A stretch of DNA of 64,000 nt, from NCBI GenBank assembly GCA_951406725.2, contig OX597823.1, positions 95,108,001-95,172,000 on the forward strand, read 5' to 3'. Positions 41,364 through 54,213 of this stretch are shown piece after piece. A model generated the notes under the pieces. That model did not search any database. It saw nothing but the letters and a program-made list of their open reading frames with translations, and was not told the DNA's origin. The first letter of the stretch is position 1, and every line of letters starts with the position of its first letter. Made by a program: the position numbers and the translations under genes. Source of the stretch: Octopus vulgaris. Lineage: Eukaryota.

Positions 41364-41470
41364 ATTTCTTACTGATGAATCTAAGGGCCTATGGTAGATT
41401 GGCTTGATTTAATTTAATCAGGTTAGTTTACCATTAAACAGTAGACGAAACGGTGCATCGTCTAAGAAAT
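41364..41470 (+). ncRNA. Type I hammerhead ribozyme, array unit 3
   Basis: Identical to unit 1; predicted cleavage after 41462. Confidence 0.8.
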
Positions 41471-41854
41471 TACAGGGTAAATGTTTTTTAATTTTCTCCT
41501 GGTTTACGGAATTGATGTTATTTGGCGGTTGAAGCTTTTGGCTGTTATTTCTAGTGGGTGAATGGCCTATTATGGCCGTTCCTTGATTGTGATGTTGAAC
41601 TTAAAAATGGTTTATGACTATTTAATTTTTTCCCACTAGGCCGCTGGTGGCAAAAGAATTCTACAAAATTTTTTTTGGCACCCTATATTGATTAATTATG
41701 AATTTTCTGGTTAATTCCGTAATGGAATCGGCGGCTTATATTTATTTGCTGCCGATAAATTTGGCGCGAGTGCGACGATTTGAAAATTTTAGGTCAGATA
41801 TTGCCGAGGCAGCAACGGGAATGCCTCGTGAAAAATATCTGTTCCGACTTGGCT

Positions 41855-41961
41855 ATTTCTTACTGATGAATCTAAGGGCCTATGGTAGATTGGCTTGATT
41901 TAATTTAATCAGGTTAGTTTACCATTAAACAGTAGACGAAACGGTGCATCGTCTAAGAAAT
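41855..41961 (+). ncRNA. Type I hammerhead ribozyme, array unit 4
   Basis: Identical to unit 1; predicted cleavage after 41953. Confidence 0.8.
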
Positions 41962-42080
41962 TACAGGGTAAATGTTTTTTAATTTTCTCCTGGTTTACGG
42001 AATTGATGTTATTTGGCGGTTGAAGCTTTTGGCTGTTATTTCTAGTGGGTGAATGGCCTATTATGGCCGTTCCTTGATTG

Positions 42081-42124
<44 letters not shown>

Positions 42125-42476
42125 ATTAGAGATAAAACCACTATTAGGCAAATCTATTAAACTTTTAATACTTTTGATATTTAAAAAAATATATATAAAA
42201 AGGAAAAAAATATATATATATAAATATAAAAATATACATACATACATATTTATATATATATATAAAATTTATAAGTTTAAATTATTTAAATAATTTTTTA
42301 TTTTTAACTTTTATATTTTAAAATTAATTTTATGTATTGGCTTATGTTTTTCACTGTTTGATTTGCCTAATAGTGGTTTTATCCCTAATTTAATATAATA
42401 TAATACAATATATTTATACTATAAAATTGGATTAAATCCTAAATCTAATTTTTCCCTGTAAGTTTGGATTTATTCC

Positions 42477-42586
<110 letters not shown>

Positions 42587-42655
42587 GGTCCCGGGTTGAT
42601 TCGGGGTTAACCACAGTAAGTAAGGTACTCAATACATAGCAGAGTAAAATTAATT

Positions 42656-42771
42656 TATTATATAGAAGGAGCTTCTACAGGACTAGTACTGTTTCATTCA
42701 AGAGAAATCTTCAGGAAGCTCCTGAAGATTTCTCTTGAATGAAACAGTACTAGTCCTGTAGAAGCTCCTTC

Positions 42772-42780
<9 letters not shown>
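42656..42780. repeat. Perfect palindrome (61-bp arms, 3-nt spacer) of a hammerhead-like motif
   Basis: Arms 42656-42716 and 42720-42780 are exact reverse complements; contains CTGAAGA...GAAA-cagtactag-TC. Confidence 0.8.
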
Positions 42781-42814
<34 letters not shown>

Positions 42815-42819
42815 ACAGT

Positions 42820-43105
42820 TGGAGGCGCAATGGCCCAGTGGTTAGGGCAGCGGACTCGCGGTTGTAGAATCGCGGTTTCGATTCCCAGGCCGGGCGTTGT
42901 GAGTGTTTATTGAGCGAAAAGACCTAAAGCTCCACGAGGCTCCGGCAGGGTGTGGTGGCAGGGTGTACTCTTTCGCCACAACTTTCTCTCACTCTTTCTT
43001 CTGTTGGCCTGCTCGCTTAGCCAGCGGGATGGCGTCATTTGAAGGCTAAAACAATGTGACCAGCGATGTGTAGCAACATCTGATAGTCACGGTGGTCACG
43101 GTGAT
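42820..43105 (+). mobile_element. tRNA-derived SINE, family 2
   Basis: ggaggcgcaatggcccagtggttagggc...ggtttcgattccc Pol III boxes; second copy at 61538-61845. Confidence 0.8.
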
Positions 43106-43343
43106 ATATTCATAACAGTAGCTACCTATGAATGTATTTAGAACGGTTTATGTTACTACAGCTACAACCACAACAGGTCACTTTTAGGTCACTTGACCAT
43201 TAAAGTAGATTCCATGGAGGGCCTCTACTACTGTGTCATACCACTCCCTTCTTCTTCTTCTTCTTCTTCTTCTTCTTCTTCTTCTTCCTCTCCTTCCTCG
43301 GCTGCTGTATGCTGCTTAAGGTATCGAACTTCAGAACCAAATA

Positions 43344-44617
43344 CTGGGTTGTCCGGAAAGTTCATGTCGATTTTTAAAGGAAAGAAAAAGGTCAATAAAT
43401 ACTTGCAGTTACATTTTTCATCAACCAAATATGAACCATTTTGTTGCACAATGCGTCTCCATCTTTAACTTTAACTTGAAAATACCCTCTTCCCAGAATT
43501 GAGGTGGTTTCAAGGCAAAGAATTCATCAAGGTATCTTCTTACGTCATCTAAGGAATTGAAATTTTTACCATTAAGACTATTCTGCAGAGACCTGAATAA
43601 GTGGAAATCCGAAGGAGCAATATCTGGTGAATATGGAGGGTGGGGTAACACATCCCAGCCGAGCTGCAGCAATTTTTGTTTGGTTCCCAATGAAACGTGC
43701 GTTCTTGCATTATCATGTTGGAAAACATCACCTTCCTGCTGGCCAATTCTGGACGTTTCTCTTGAATTGCTGCTTTTAACTGGTCCAATTGTGTGCAGTA
43801 TTTCTCAGAATTAATTGTCTGGTTACATGGGAGAAGCACATAGTACAGAATTCCTTTCCAATCCCACCAAACACAAAGCAAGACTTTTTAGGGTGAAGAC
43901 CCACTTTCGGGATGGCTAAGGGTGGCTCATGTCGCTTACTCCAGGATCGCTTTCTCTGAACATTTCGTTTGATAATCCATTTCTCATCACCTGTCACAAT
44001 TTGCTTTAAAAAGGCGCGTTTTCATTCCGTTTGTAAAACGAATCACGGATGGAAATGCGATCCAAAAGTTTCTTCTCATTTAACTCATGTGGTACCCAAA
44101 CATCGTAACGATTTGTGTACCCAAGCTTTACCAGGTGCTCATGAACGACGGATTTTGATAGGTTGAGGATTTCTACCAATTCTCGGATTCTGAAATGTGG
44201 GTTATTCTCAATTAATGACTTGATATGGTCATCATCTGTAGTGGATGGTCTGCCTGATTGCTCTTTATCAATAAGGCTACAATCTCCAGCTCGGAACCTT
44301 GCGAACCACTTATGTACAGTTCCTTCGGATAAAGAAACATCACCGTAAACTGTGCATATTTCATTGGTTACTTGTGAGGCATTTTTCCCTTTAGAAAAGC
44401 ATCAAGTGCCGAAAATGAACTTTCCTATCTTCCATTTTAAAGGGTTACAGAATTAACACAGGTTATAGCAACATAAACCTTCTTCCACGAAAAGATAGCT
44501 TAAACTGTGCTCTAAATGGAGGTGTAGTCAAATCCTATTTTATGGACTCAACCATGTTCTAAAATAAGTCGGAAGGTAAGCTACTATAAATCCGCACAAA
44601 CTTTCCGGACAACCCAA
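43344..44617 (-). mobile_element. Full-length defective mariner (Tc1/mariner) transposon
   Basis: TIRs ctgggttgtccggaaagtt / aactttccggacaacccaa; TA on both sides; 1274 bp; WVPHEL, TGDEKWI, LCVWWDWKG, HPPYSPDIAPSDFHLF; several frameshifts. Confidence 0.93.
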
Positions 44618-44678
44618 TATTTCTCTGCACCCATAAAAGCAATTTATCATCTGCTACTACCTAGCGAGCCTTCACAAA

Positions 44679-44748
<70 letters not shown>

Positions 44749-45452
44749 AAATATTTCATTTAATTTCTACCTTACCAAATATTTGGCTATGTTGAGGTTT
44801 GCTTCTAAGCTACCAGCTTTCCTACTTTCTGGTGAGACTGTAGTCAACCTTGCTTTGTGTGGCACCAGATTAATAAGTGAACAGGTGACTGGCTGGTTTC
44901 TTGAAGTCATTATTGCAAATCATAAAGTTGTCTGCATTATGCATACTCACACAAACAAACAAATATATAAACATATGCATATGCGCACAAACATATATAT
45001 ATGCATATGTGCACATTTATAATCTCTTACGTAAGTCTTTGACCTCATACACCACTGGGTGTATATTACTTGCTGGATATATATCACCTGCTTTGTTACG
45101 TTCGAAATGGCATAGTTATTTTGTTACATCGAGTAATTCAACTACAATATGTTAAAATGTAAAAAAAAAAAAAAAATGAGAAATAAACTACATTCGCTAC
45201 CAATGCAGTACAAATATCTCGACCTTTTAAAAAAGATGTAATGGATTCTCGTTAACAATAAATAACCACAACTTTTTTTTTTCACTGAAGCGCAACAGAT
45301 TATTCAATAAAAAAAGTAATTTGCTACAAGTCCGAAGAAAATCTACAGATTTTTTTTTCTACTTAGTGGCATCAGGCGCCGTACAATTCCTAACAATGTA
45401 TATTTGTATGCATGTGTGAATGTGTGAGAGAGAGTTTGTATGTGTGTGTGTC

Positions 45453-45495
<43 letters not shown>

Positions 45496-45529
45496 ATATA
45501 ATGCAAACCTCAACATGTGTTAGTTAATA

Positions 45530-47660
45530 GTGAATTCAGAGTTCAGGTTAGAAAGACGCCAAGAAGCAAACCAGTTTGGAAAAGAAAGATTTGGAAGCTT
45601 AAGGATCCGCTGAATAGTCAGAGATTTAGAGATGTTCTAAATGAAGCATTTGGCAAGGAGGAGGAGTAGGAGGAGGAGTAGATAATGAATAACATAGAGG
45701 ACAACTGGAGATTCCTACGAGACAACGCAATGGGGGCCACTGACCAAATTTGTGGCTGGTGCAAAGTCCTCTCCACCCCTAAGGTGACATGGTGGTGGAA
45801 CAGGGAAGTAGACAGGACTATTGGAGAATGGAACGGGCCTGAAAGGACTAGAAGAGTGGTGGAAGCACAGAACTATTCCAGGAAGCTAGAAGGAAAGATA
45901 GGAGACAGGTATATTTAGACAGGGAAGAAGCAAAAAGGTAGAACTTTACCAATGTTCTGCAGCATGAAGACCAGAAGTTTGTGGTGTTTCGGATTGCAAG
46001 AGAGTATGGCAGAGAACAATAATGATGTTGTAGGATCGAAGTGTGTTTGCATGGATGATGGTTCACTTGCATTTAGAGATTTTGCAAAGAAACAGGCTTG
46101 GAAGTGCCACTATGAAAGGCTCACAAATGTAGAGAAAGCATGGCAGAAGGAGAATCTGCCTGATGTGGACCCAAGTGAGGGACTAGCTATCTAAATCAGC
46201 AGTAGCCTGGTAGATAAAGCAATTAAGGATATGATACAGGGAAAGCCTCCAGCCCATCAGGAATTAAGCTAAGATGTATAAAATAACTGGTGGCGGGGGA
46301 TATGAGCTAGTCACCCATACAGTTAACCAGGTTGTCCATGAAGGTGACGTACCCAACAGCTGGTGTCGCGGCATTATAATCAACTGCTACAAAGAAAAAA
46401 GTGACACCTTAGATAAATACAGAGGTATTCAGTAATTTGAAGGACCAGGTAATGATAGTTACAGAGAGGGTCATTGCTCAACAAATTAGTCTTGATGGAG
46501 TGCAACTTGCTTTTGTGCCAGGAAGAGGCATAACTGACGCTACCTTCCTGGTGAAGCAGCTTCAGGAGAAGTACTTGGTCAAAGAAGGATGGTCAAGTAC
46601 TTCTTAGCAACGAGTATAGCTATGAATTCAATGTACATGTAGAAGTACGCCAAGGATCGGTTCTCAGGCTCCCGTTGATCATCAGTCCTCCAGGCCATAA
46701 CACAGGAATTTAAGATGTGTTGCTCATAGAAGCTCTTCTATGCTGATGACCTTGATCTTATTGCTGAATCTCTACCAGAATTAGAGAAAAAGTTTCAGGT
46801 GTGGCTGCAAAGTCTGGAATAAATGGGCCTTAGAGTTAATTTAAGAAAGACTAAAATCCTAGTAAGTAGGAAAACCAATAAAACACTAATGCCTTCAGGG
46901 AGATGGCCCTTCTCCATATATATAGAAAGGGTGTTGGTAGGAACTTAATATAGCTTAGTCAGTGCAAGCTATGGACACATGAGAGGTGCAGCAGTATTAC
47001 AGGAAGACTAACAGAGAAACTAGTTTTTGTGTGTGGCAGATGCACAGGTACAATAAACACTAGGAATGTAAAGGAAACAGAAGAAATGTCAAGGGGTGTC
47101 CTTAGAAATAGTTGATAGTTTCCATTACCTAGGGGACCAAATTAGCAATAAAGGAGGAAGCTCTGAATGACATGGGTAAAGTTCAGAGGGCTGCTACCTT
47201 TGTTGTTACAAAAGGCCTCTCACTCTCTCAGAATGAAAGGCAGATTGTATGATGCTTGTATGTGAACGGCCATGCTACATGGCAGTGAAACATGGGCTAT
47301 GACAACAAAGGAAATGAAGTCAGATTACTCTGTAGGATGGGTAATGTCAGCGTGAATATATGACAGAGTGTAGATGATTCAAGAGAAAAACTAGGTATGA
47401 GAGGCATCGGATGTAGTGTGCAAGAGAGAAGACTGCACTGGTATGGTCATGTGATGCGTATGGATGAGCACAGCTGCATAAAGCAGTGAGGATCTCTAAT
47501 TGTGGAGGGAACCCGCCCTGGAAGGGGCAGACCCAGGATGATATGAGATAAAGTGGTGAGAAATGATCTTTAGATCTTGAGCCTCACAGAGGAGATGACA
47601 AGGGGCCAAGACGTCTGGCGATTTGCAGTGCTTGAGAAGACACGTCGGGCCGAGTAAAAT
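45530..47660 (+). mobile_element. Degenerate RTE-group LINE (RT region and 3' end)
   Basis: TWWWNREV; GKASSPSG; FVPGRG.TDA; LLYADDL; YLGD; LHGSETWAM; RRLHWYGHVMRM; many stops. Confidence 0.85.
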
Positions 47661-48579
47661 CCTAGTCATCCATACATACAGGTATGTCCTGTACTGCCAT
47701 AATACCCCCTTCGCCTCACAAACTTGTAAATTTGTCCTCTGGCAAAACTCACCCACAACCATCTTCCCCAAACCTGCACCACCCACTGCTGGCCCCTCCC
47801 AGCATCACGGGCTTAATAGAAACCAAGCTGGTCTCTCTTCAGAAACACTATTAAATTGTTTGTATTCAATAGAATTCCGTTGTTTACTTTATGTTGTACA
47901 TTTGCTATTTTAAGTGCTGTCCTACTTGAAAGAAATTATATCTCCATGAAACAGACGATACATCATCTTAGGTAACAATGTCACACGTAACACGAGGAGT
48001 TAGTTGTCAGAGCTTGTATATAGTCCTTGTAATATTTAGAAAGCTTTAAAGAAGTAGTTCACAGGTATTTATTACCTGGGTAAGACGAAAGAAGATGTGA
48101 ACAGGAGTGAGCCCAGCTAGCTCTGAAGAGCAGAGGCCATTATAGTAAAAATAGGAAAGAAAAGTTATATCAGGTTACTTTTGAGTGCTATTGGTCGCTC
48201 TTCCCGTTACGGGTAATATGTAACCCAGTATAACCTGCTACATCGTCGGGTCGTCGGCGACTAAACTAGCAACCGCAGTATAATTGCTTGGTGAGGAGGG
48301 TGATTGTTGGACACCCTACAAGACCAAGAATAGGACCCGCCAAAGGGCGAAAGAAGTAATGAGTAGTCAACTGCCATTCAACAATGTGTGTACGTGTGTG
48401 TGAGTACGTGTGTGTATACGTGTGTGCGTGTGTGAGTGTGTAATATATATGTATGTATTGTATATTTTAAAACTTTTTATGTATATATTTTTATATTCCT
48501 TTTTCATTTTTATTTTATATTTTTTTATTTTTTGTTTATCTTATAGCTATTCATATATGTAATATTTTTTATATTTTCC

Positions 48580-51575
48580 TGGGGTAGCTGGGTGGGAGTA
48601 GCACCTCTGATGGGGGGATTGTCGCAACCTTTTAGGGTTGGTCGGCCCACCCTGGTCCCCACTTGGCACCCAGCTCTCACCTACGACTCCTCCTAGCTGT
48701 TTGCATGCCACAACGCCCACACTCCGGGCAACGGCTTCGTCAGGCCGGCTGAACTAGGTAAGGGAAGCCAACGGGTTTGAAACCTTCGGTAAGTAAATCA
48801 GGGTTTGCCTACCCTTGGTATGCGAAGAGTGGTTCCGGCGGACTGAGGGAGAACAAGATGCGAAGACGTTCTGGTCATCCACTGCATCAGGGAGGTCTCC
48901 AGACATAATGGTTCTCCGTGCCACTGGATCGAGGTCTCTTCTGCCGAGGGAGTGGGAGTGTCCACGTAACGACTCTTCCACTTTAATCAACCTCTCGCAC
49001 AGGTGTCTGTATATTCCAGCTCCAACTTTCCACTGAAATCTTGCGGCGACGGAGAATGGCGATCGCAACAGGTGGAGGTAGCCACTGGAAGTCATAGCCA
49101 TGAACCTGTACGTTGGTCGTTGTTCTTCGAGATGGCCTGAAGAAAGCCTGCCCTACACTGTTTGGCCAGTTTACCGCAACTGACAGACTTACCCACTTGC
49201 GGTCGATTTCAACTGAAAAAGGAAGAAACTCACCATCAGGATGTGGAACATGCTTAACCTTCTATATCGTGACAATATCTCTGAAGACCCCAGAGAAGGA
49301 CAGCCCTTGCAGCCAACATCGACATCATCGCCTAGAGTGGAACCAGACTGGCCGACGAGGGATCGGTGAACGAATCCATTGGATACACCTTTTTCTGGGA
49401 AGGAAAGATCGAAAACAAAGACCGCATCCACGGCATTAGACTTGCCATCAACACCAAGCTCCTCAAACAGATTTCCAATCTCCCGACTGGCGACAATGGA
49501 AGCCTGATGAAGATCCGCCTCCCCATCAGCAACAAGCGGTTCGTCACTATCATCTGCTCATACAACCCCACCATGACATCCACGGAGAAAGCCACCTACA
49601 TCAACTGGCAGAACTATCCCAGCTGTGTCCCACGACGCGAGAGGTTCAAGGAATGCAAGGCCAAAGCTCAGCGAGAACTCCACGCCATGCAAGATGCTTG
49701 GTGGGAAAAGAAAGCTGTTTAATCCCATCAAAACCATCTACGGGCCTTCAAGTAGAGGATTGGCGCCCCTGCTTTCTGTTGTTGGCTCTACCATCATCAA
49801 AGACAAGGGATGTCTCAGTGCAAGACCAAACAGCCCTAAAACAGATTTCCCAGCAGGAAGATCTGAATCCCACCCCCGCCAAGCAAAGAAGTGGTACAGA
49901 CTGACATCAAACAGATGACCTACGGCAAAGTACCAGGAGGGGATGGAATACCTGCTGAACTGTTCACATCACTCGGATCCACATCCGTCAACACCTTCCC
50001 TGATATACTCTCGACCTTCTGGGACCAGGATGACAACCTGCGCGACGCCGCCATAGTCGCTCTATACAAGAACAAAGGAGCCAGGATAGACTGCGGCAAC
50101 AGCAGAGGGATCTCGCTTCTCTCCATAGCAGGCACGATCCTCGCTCGCATCCTCTTCAACAGATTCATCACCAAAATCTCCGAGAGAAACCTGCCCGAGG
50201 CCTTATGTAGTTTCTGCCCTGGTTTCAGCACCGCAGATATGGTGTTTGCCATGCGATAAGTGCAGGAGAAATGCATTGAGCAGCAGATGGACCTGTACAC
50301 CGTGTTCATTGACCTGACCAAGGCGTTTGACAATTAACCGGGGATCCTTGTAGATCCCTCAAAAATTCACAACCCTGGTCAAGCTCTTCTACAACATGAA
50401 GGGACAGATTCTTTCTAACGGGGACCACATCAACTCCTTCAACATCTCTAATAGTGTCAAACAGGGCTGTATTCTCACCTCAGTGCTCTTCAAATTTTCC
50501 TTCAAACAGATCCTCCTCCACGCTGTGAAAATCCTCAACCAAGGGTGCACATCACGTACCGAACGATGGCTCTATGTCCGACCTCCACCGCCTCTCTGGC
50601 AAAACGAAAACCAAGGAAAAGCTCACCCTCGAAGCTCTCTTCGCGGACGACTGTGCTTTCCGAGCCGACAAGGAAAACTAGCTCCAGGTCTTCGTGAACT
50701 GTTTCGCCGAGACATACAAACACTTCGATTTGACCATCAGCCTGGGAAAGACGGCAGACCCGAACACAACAAAACCTAAACCAGCTACCACCATCGATGG
50801 GGTCGAGCTGTGTCGAAAGCTTCAGGTACCTAGGTATCACCATCTCTTCAGACGGTTCACAGGTTAAAGAGATCACATCCCAAATCCAGAAAACCAGCCA
50901 AGCACTCAGTAGACTCAGAGTTAAAGTACTACAGCAGAAAGGCGTGCGGCTGTCCACTAAACTCAAGGTATACAAAAAGGTCCACGCTGCTGTATGGTTG
51001 TGGAACGTGGACTTTATACCGCCGGCAAATCAGGCAGCTGGAACAGTTCTATACAAGCTCTATATTGCGCACAATCATGGGCATCCACTCGTAGGACAGG
51101 GTCTCCAACCAAGAAGTCTTAGATAGAGCAGAGTCCACGAGCGCCAAGGCACTTCTGCTCAAATCTCAGTTGTGTTGTACCAGCCACGTTGTCAGAATGA
51201 ACGACCATCGCATCCCCAGACAACTGATGTATAGTGAGCTGAAGGAAAGTACAAGATAACAACGAAGACTCAAGTTGAAGGATAAGGACACCCTAAAGGG
51301 GCAACCTAAAGTGGTGTGACATCCCGCAAACACGAGACTGCAGCCACAAAGAGGTCTACCTGGAAGTCAATCACCAACACTGTTGTAGCTGTCTTTGAGA
51401 CAGACATCTCCGGGCCGCCTCTGCCTTAGTCCCGATCACATACTACCAGTGTCCAAATTGTGGCCGTCTGTGTGCTTCCGGCTTTGTGCTGCGGAGCCAT
51501 ATGCATTCCCACCGTTGACTGCTGAGACCACAGTCTATGTCTTCATCTGAGATCGATGGACTGCCAAGAAGAAGA
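48580..51575 (+). mobile_element. Near full-length degenerate RTE (BovB-like) LINE with internal deletion
   Basis: GC-rich 5' UTR; APE motifs (GYTFFWEGK, ICSYNPT); RT (GKVPGGDGIPAE, RGISLLSIAG, QGCIL, LFADDC, FRYLG); C-terminal C2H2-like motif; (GAA)n tail. Confidence 0.9.
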
Positions 51576-52438
51576 AGGAGAAGAAAAAGGCAGAGAGAGG
51601 GGACAGTGCATCTGTGGACCAGGAGCTGGGGTGTGTCTTTTCTGGATGTGGTCTAAGGGGTTTATTTGTATTGCACCATCATCCCAGACGTGAGATAAAT
51701 AATACCCTGCGGACCCCTGCTCAGTTTTGTAGAGTATCCACATTCATTGGAGTGTGACGTATATTCTGGAGCTAAAGAGAAGGACCGGTCATTGGAATGT
51801 GGTCAAAGCTATGTTAACAATGTTTTTCCATCTTGAGAGATCTTCAGTGATTGTGAGATGCTACAATTGAAGTGAACCTGGGGGCAGGAGGTGAGTGAGG
51901 GAGGGGTGGTGTACGATGAGGTTTTCTTTGTATCAGTATTAGTGTTTCAGTTTTGTTGCTGCTGAAGAAGACAGAATTGGTGTGTCCCCACTGGAGGATA
52001 CTTTTCTGGTCCATGTTCATGGGGTCAGCATGGGTTTGTTATGAAGTGTCTATATTGGGAGTGGATGATGTGAGTATGACTGTGTGTGTGTAGGGAAGAA
52101 AGAAGTGTAGTGTTTAAAGGTGGGTGCTGTTTGACGTAGCAGCAAGTAAGTGATTGAGGAGGACAAAACCAGACCTTCATTTGGGGCATGCTGAAGATTT
52201 TATAATGAAAGAATCTTTTGAGTCCCATCAACAGATGCAATCCAAAAGACTATAGAAAACATTATATTATAGAATTTGGAACATTATAGAATTTGGAAGG
52301 CATATCTTTATTCTGTGTACTTTTCAAAAACAAGTTCCTTTGGGAAGCTTTTAGAAGACAGTTACCTTTGCTTGTAACAGAAGATTTAAATATTTTGATG
52401 GAGATTGTCTATATTTGAATGTTTGTTTTATTTTCCAG

Positions 52439-52568
52439 TTGTTAGACACAAAGTCCAGTGATAAGAAAATCAACCTCATGCATTTCTTAGTTCATACAGT
52501 TCAAGAGAAATTCCTTGACATTATAAACTTTGAAGCTGAGTTGAGATTTATTGAAAAGGCTGCTCTTG
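52439..52568 (+). CDS. FMNL: Single internal exon of an FMNL-type formin (FH2 domain)
   Basis: ttttccag| LLDTKSSDKKINLMHFLVHTVQEKFLDIINFEAELRFIEKAAL G|GTAAGT; resembles the FMNL FH2 segment LLDTKSTDRK.TLLHY...EKAA; no flanking formin exons recognised in the window. Confidence 0.8.
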
Positions 52569-52799
52569 GTAAGTCTATAAGTTTTCTCTCATTTACACTT
52601 CTCTAAAGATTCCCAGCATTTTCCTACATTTACTCTAACCATAGTGTAATAGGAAGTTCTTGATAAACTAAACTGCCATGTCTGCTCCAGTTTCTGTACA
52701 CTCGTGTTTCTTGAAGAAGATCAAACACTCACTTCAAGTACTTATAAATAAATACCACGGGGAGGTATACTATGACTTCTAGTTCTTCATATAAGTTTG

Positions 52800-53152
52800 T
52801 ACCGAACACTTGGAATCATCAAAAGGGGAACTGAAAATTATTTAAGAATGATCACTGGCTTACCATCCATACAGGAAGTGCAAAAGATTGTCTTAACTGC
52901 TACGTCACACGTACTGAGAAGAGCATTGAAGCTGTGAATTTTCTCTCACTTTCCCTCCCTTTATTTTCTTTGTTTACTTTTTCATTTTTTATTTTTTCAC
53001 TCTGTCTTTCCTCCCCATTTTTCTCTATCACATAACTTTGTAGATAGATAATTTGATGTGTTTATTTTAATGGCCTACCAATGTTTACAGTGCGTTTCTC
53101 TACCCTAAGTGTCAGGAAGACAGTCGGCAAGATATTGAAACAGAATTGAAAG
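52800..53152 (+). mobile_element. R4/Dong LINE 3' fragment (family B-like)
   Basis: Sequence similar to 12080-12370, including the 3' UTR. Confidence 0.75.
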
Positions 53153-53229
53153 ATGATGATAACAACAACAACAACAACAGCAACAATAATCATGATACTG
53201 ATGATGAAGACAATGTAACCTCATTCCAG

Positions 53230-54145
53230 CTATAAACACCTGGGAATACCCGAAGCAGATGGAATCAAACACCACAAGATGAAGGAAAAGACAAAAAGAG
53301 AGTACCTGCGACGAGTGAGAAAGATAATGGCTTCAAAGCTGAATGCGAGAAACATAATTTCGGCAATAAACTTGCGCGCAGTCGCAGTAGCTTGGTATGG
53401 CGCTGGAATCCTGAAGTGGACAAAGGAGGAGCTAAAGGAGATGGACAGGAAGTCTAGAAAGCTCCTAACGATGCATGGAACCCATTCTCTACGTGCGGAC
53501 ACTGATTGCCTATACATGAAGAGAGTAAATGGAGGAAGGGGACAGATAAGTCTGGAAGACTGCATGTGTATCGAACTGGAGCTTAAGGAGATACCTAGTC
53601 GAAAGAAAGGAAACCTTGCCAGTGACAGTTAGGAACGAGGAGTATTGAAAAAATGGAAAAGAAGGAAAACGAAGGAAGAAGTACAAAAAGGACATGAATA
53701 AAAATTACGCAACAGGGGACTTCACAGTCAATTCCATGTAACCACAACAGAAGTTGCTGGAAAAAAATAGGTAGGATTGGCTGATGAAAGGAACCCTAAA
53801 AAAAGAAACCAAGAGCACTACACTGGCAGTGCAAGACCAAGTTTTAGCCACGAACTGGAGAGTCAACCTTACGAATGAGCAAGAGTCTCCACTGTGCCGC
53901 AACTGCAATAGAGTGGTTGAAACCATTGTCCATATCACTACAAGTTGTGGTGAAACAATCAGGTAGCGAAAGTGCTACATTGGAAACTGTGCAAACGTGG
54001 GGTCTAGAGAGGTAAGACATGGTATGAGCACAAACTGCAGAGAGTAGAGGAGTCGGAGATTAGCAAAATCCTCTGGGATTTTCCCAATGCAAACGGATCA
54101 GGTGCTAGAGCATAAACCGGACTTAGTGGTGGTTGACAAGGTGCA

Positions 54146-54213
<68 letters not shown>

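Larger units (their letters stand above)
39937..42086 (+). mobile_element. Hammerhead-containing 492-nt tandem array with a 5' inverted partial copy (retrozyme / Penelope pLTR-like non-autonomous retroelement)
   Basis: Direct copies 40282-42086 with periods 492/492/491; 39937-40281 is the reverse complement of 40374-40712; flanked by (TA)n; one hammerhead core per unit. Confidence 0.8.

Noticed and set aside
40715-41898. Three identical 66-aa ORFs (MNFLVNSVMES...) in the tandem array
   Set aside because: A by-product of the repeat: no recognisable domain, it overlaps the structured RNA, and it ends in a stop, so that frame cannot support endless rolling-circle translation even though 492 is divisible by 3
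40282-42086. CRISPR array or plain satellite interpretation
   Set aside because: No unique spacers and the context is eukaryotic; the ribozyme core, strand-specific G-U helices and 5' inversion argue against a simple satellite
42820-42895. tRNA gene
   Set aside because: The tRNA-like head continues into a repeated body also found at 61538-61845, so it is a SINE
51600-52250. Possible further Penelope remnant on the minus strand
   Set aside because: Only vague similarity; too degenerate to support a call
52439-52568. Formin exon captured by the Helitron
   Set aside because: The exon lies about 2.9 kb outside the inferred Helitron 5' end (55459)
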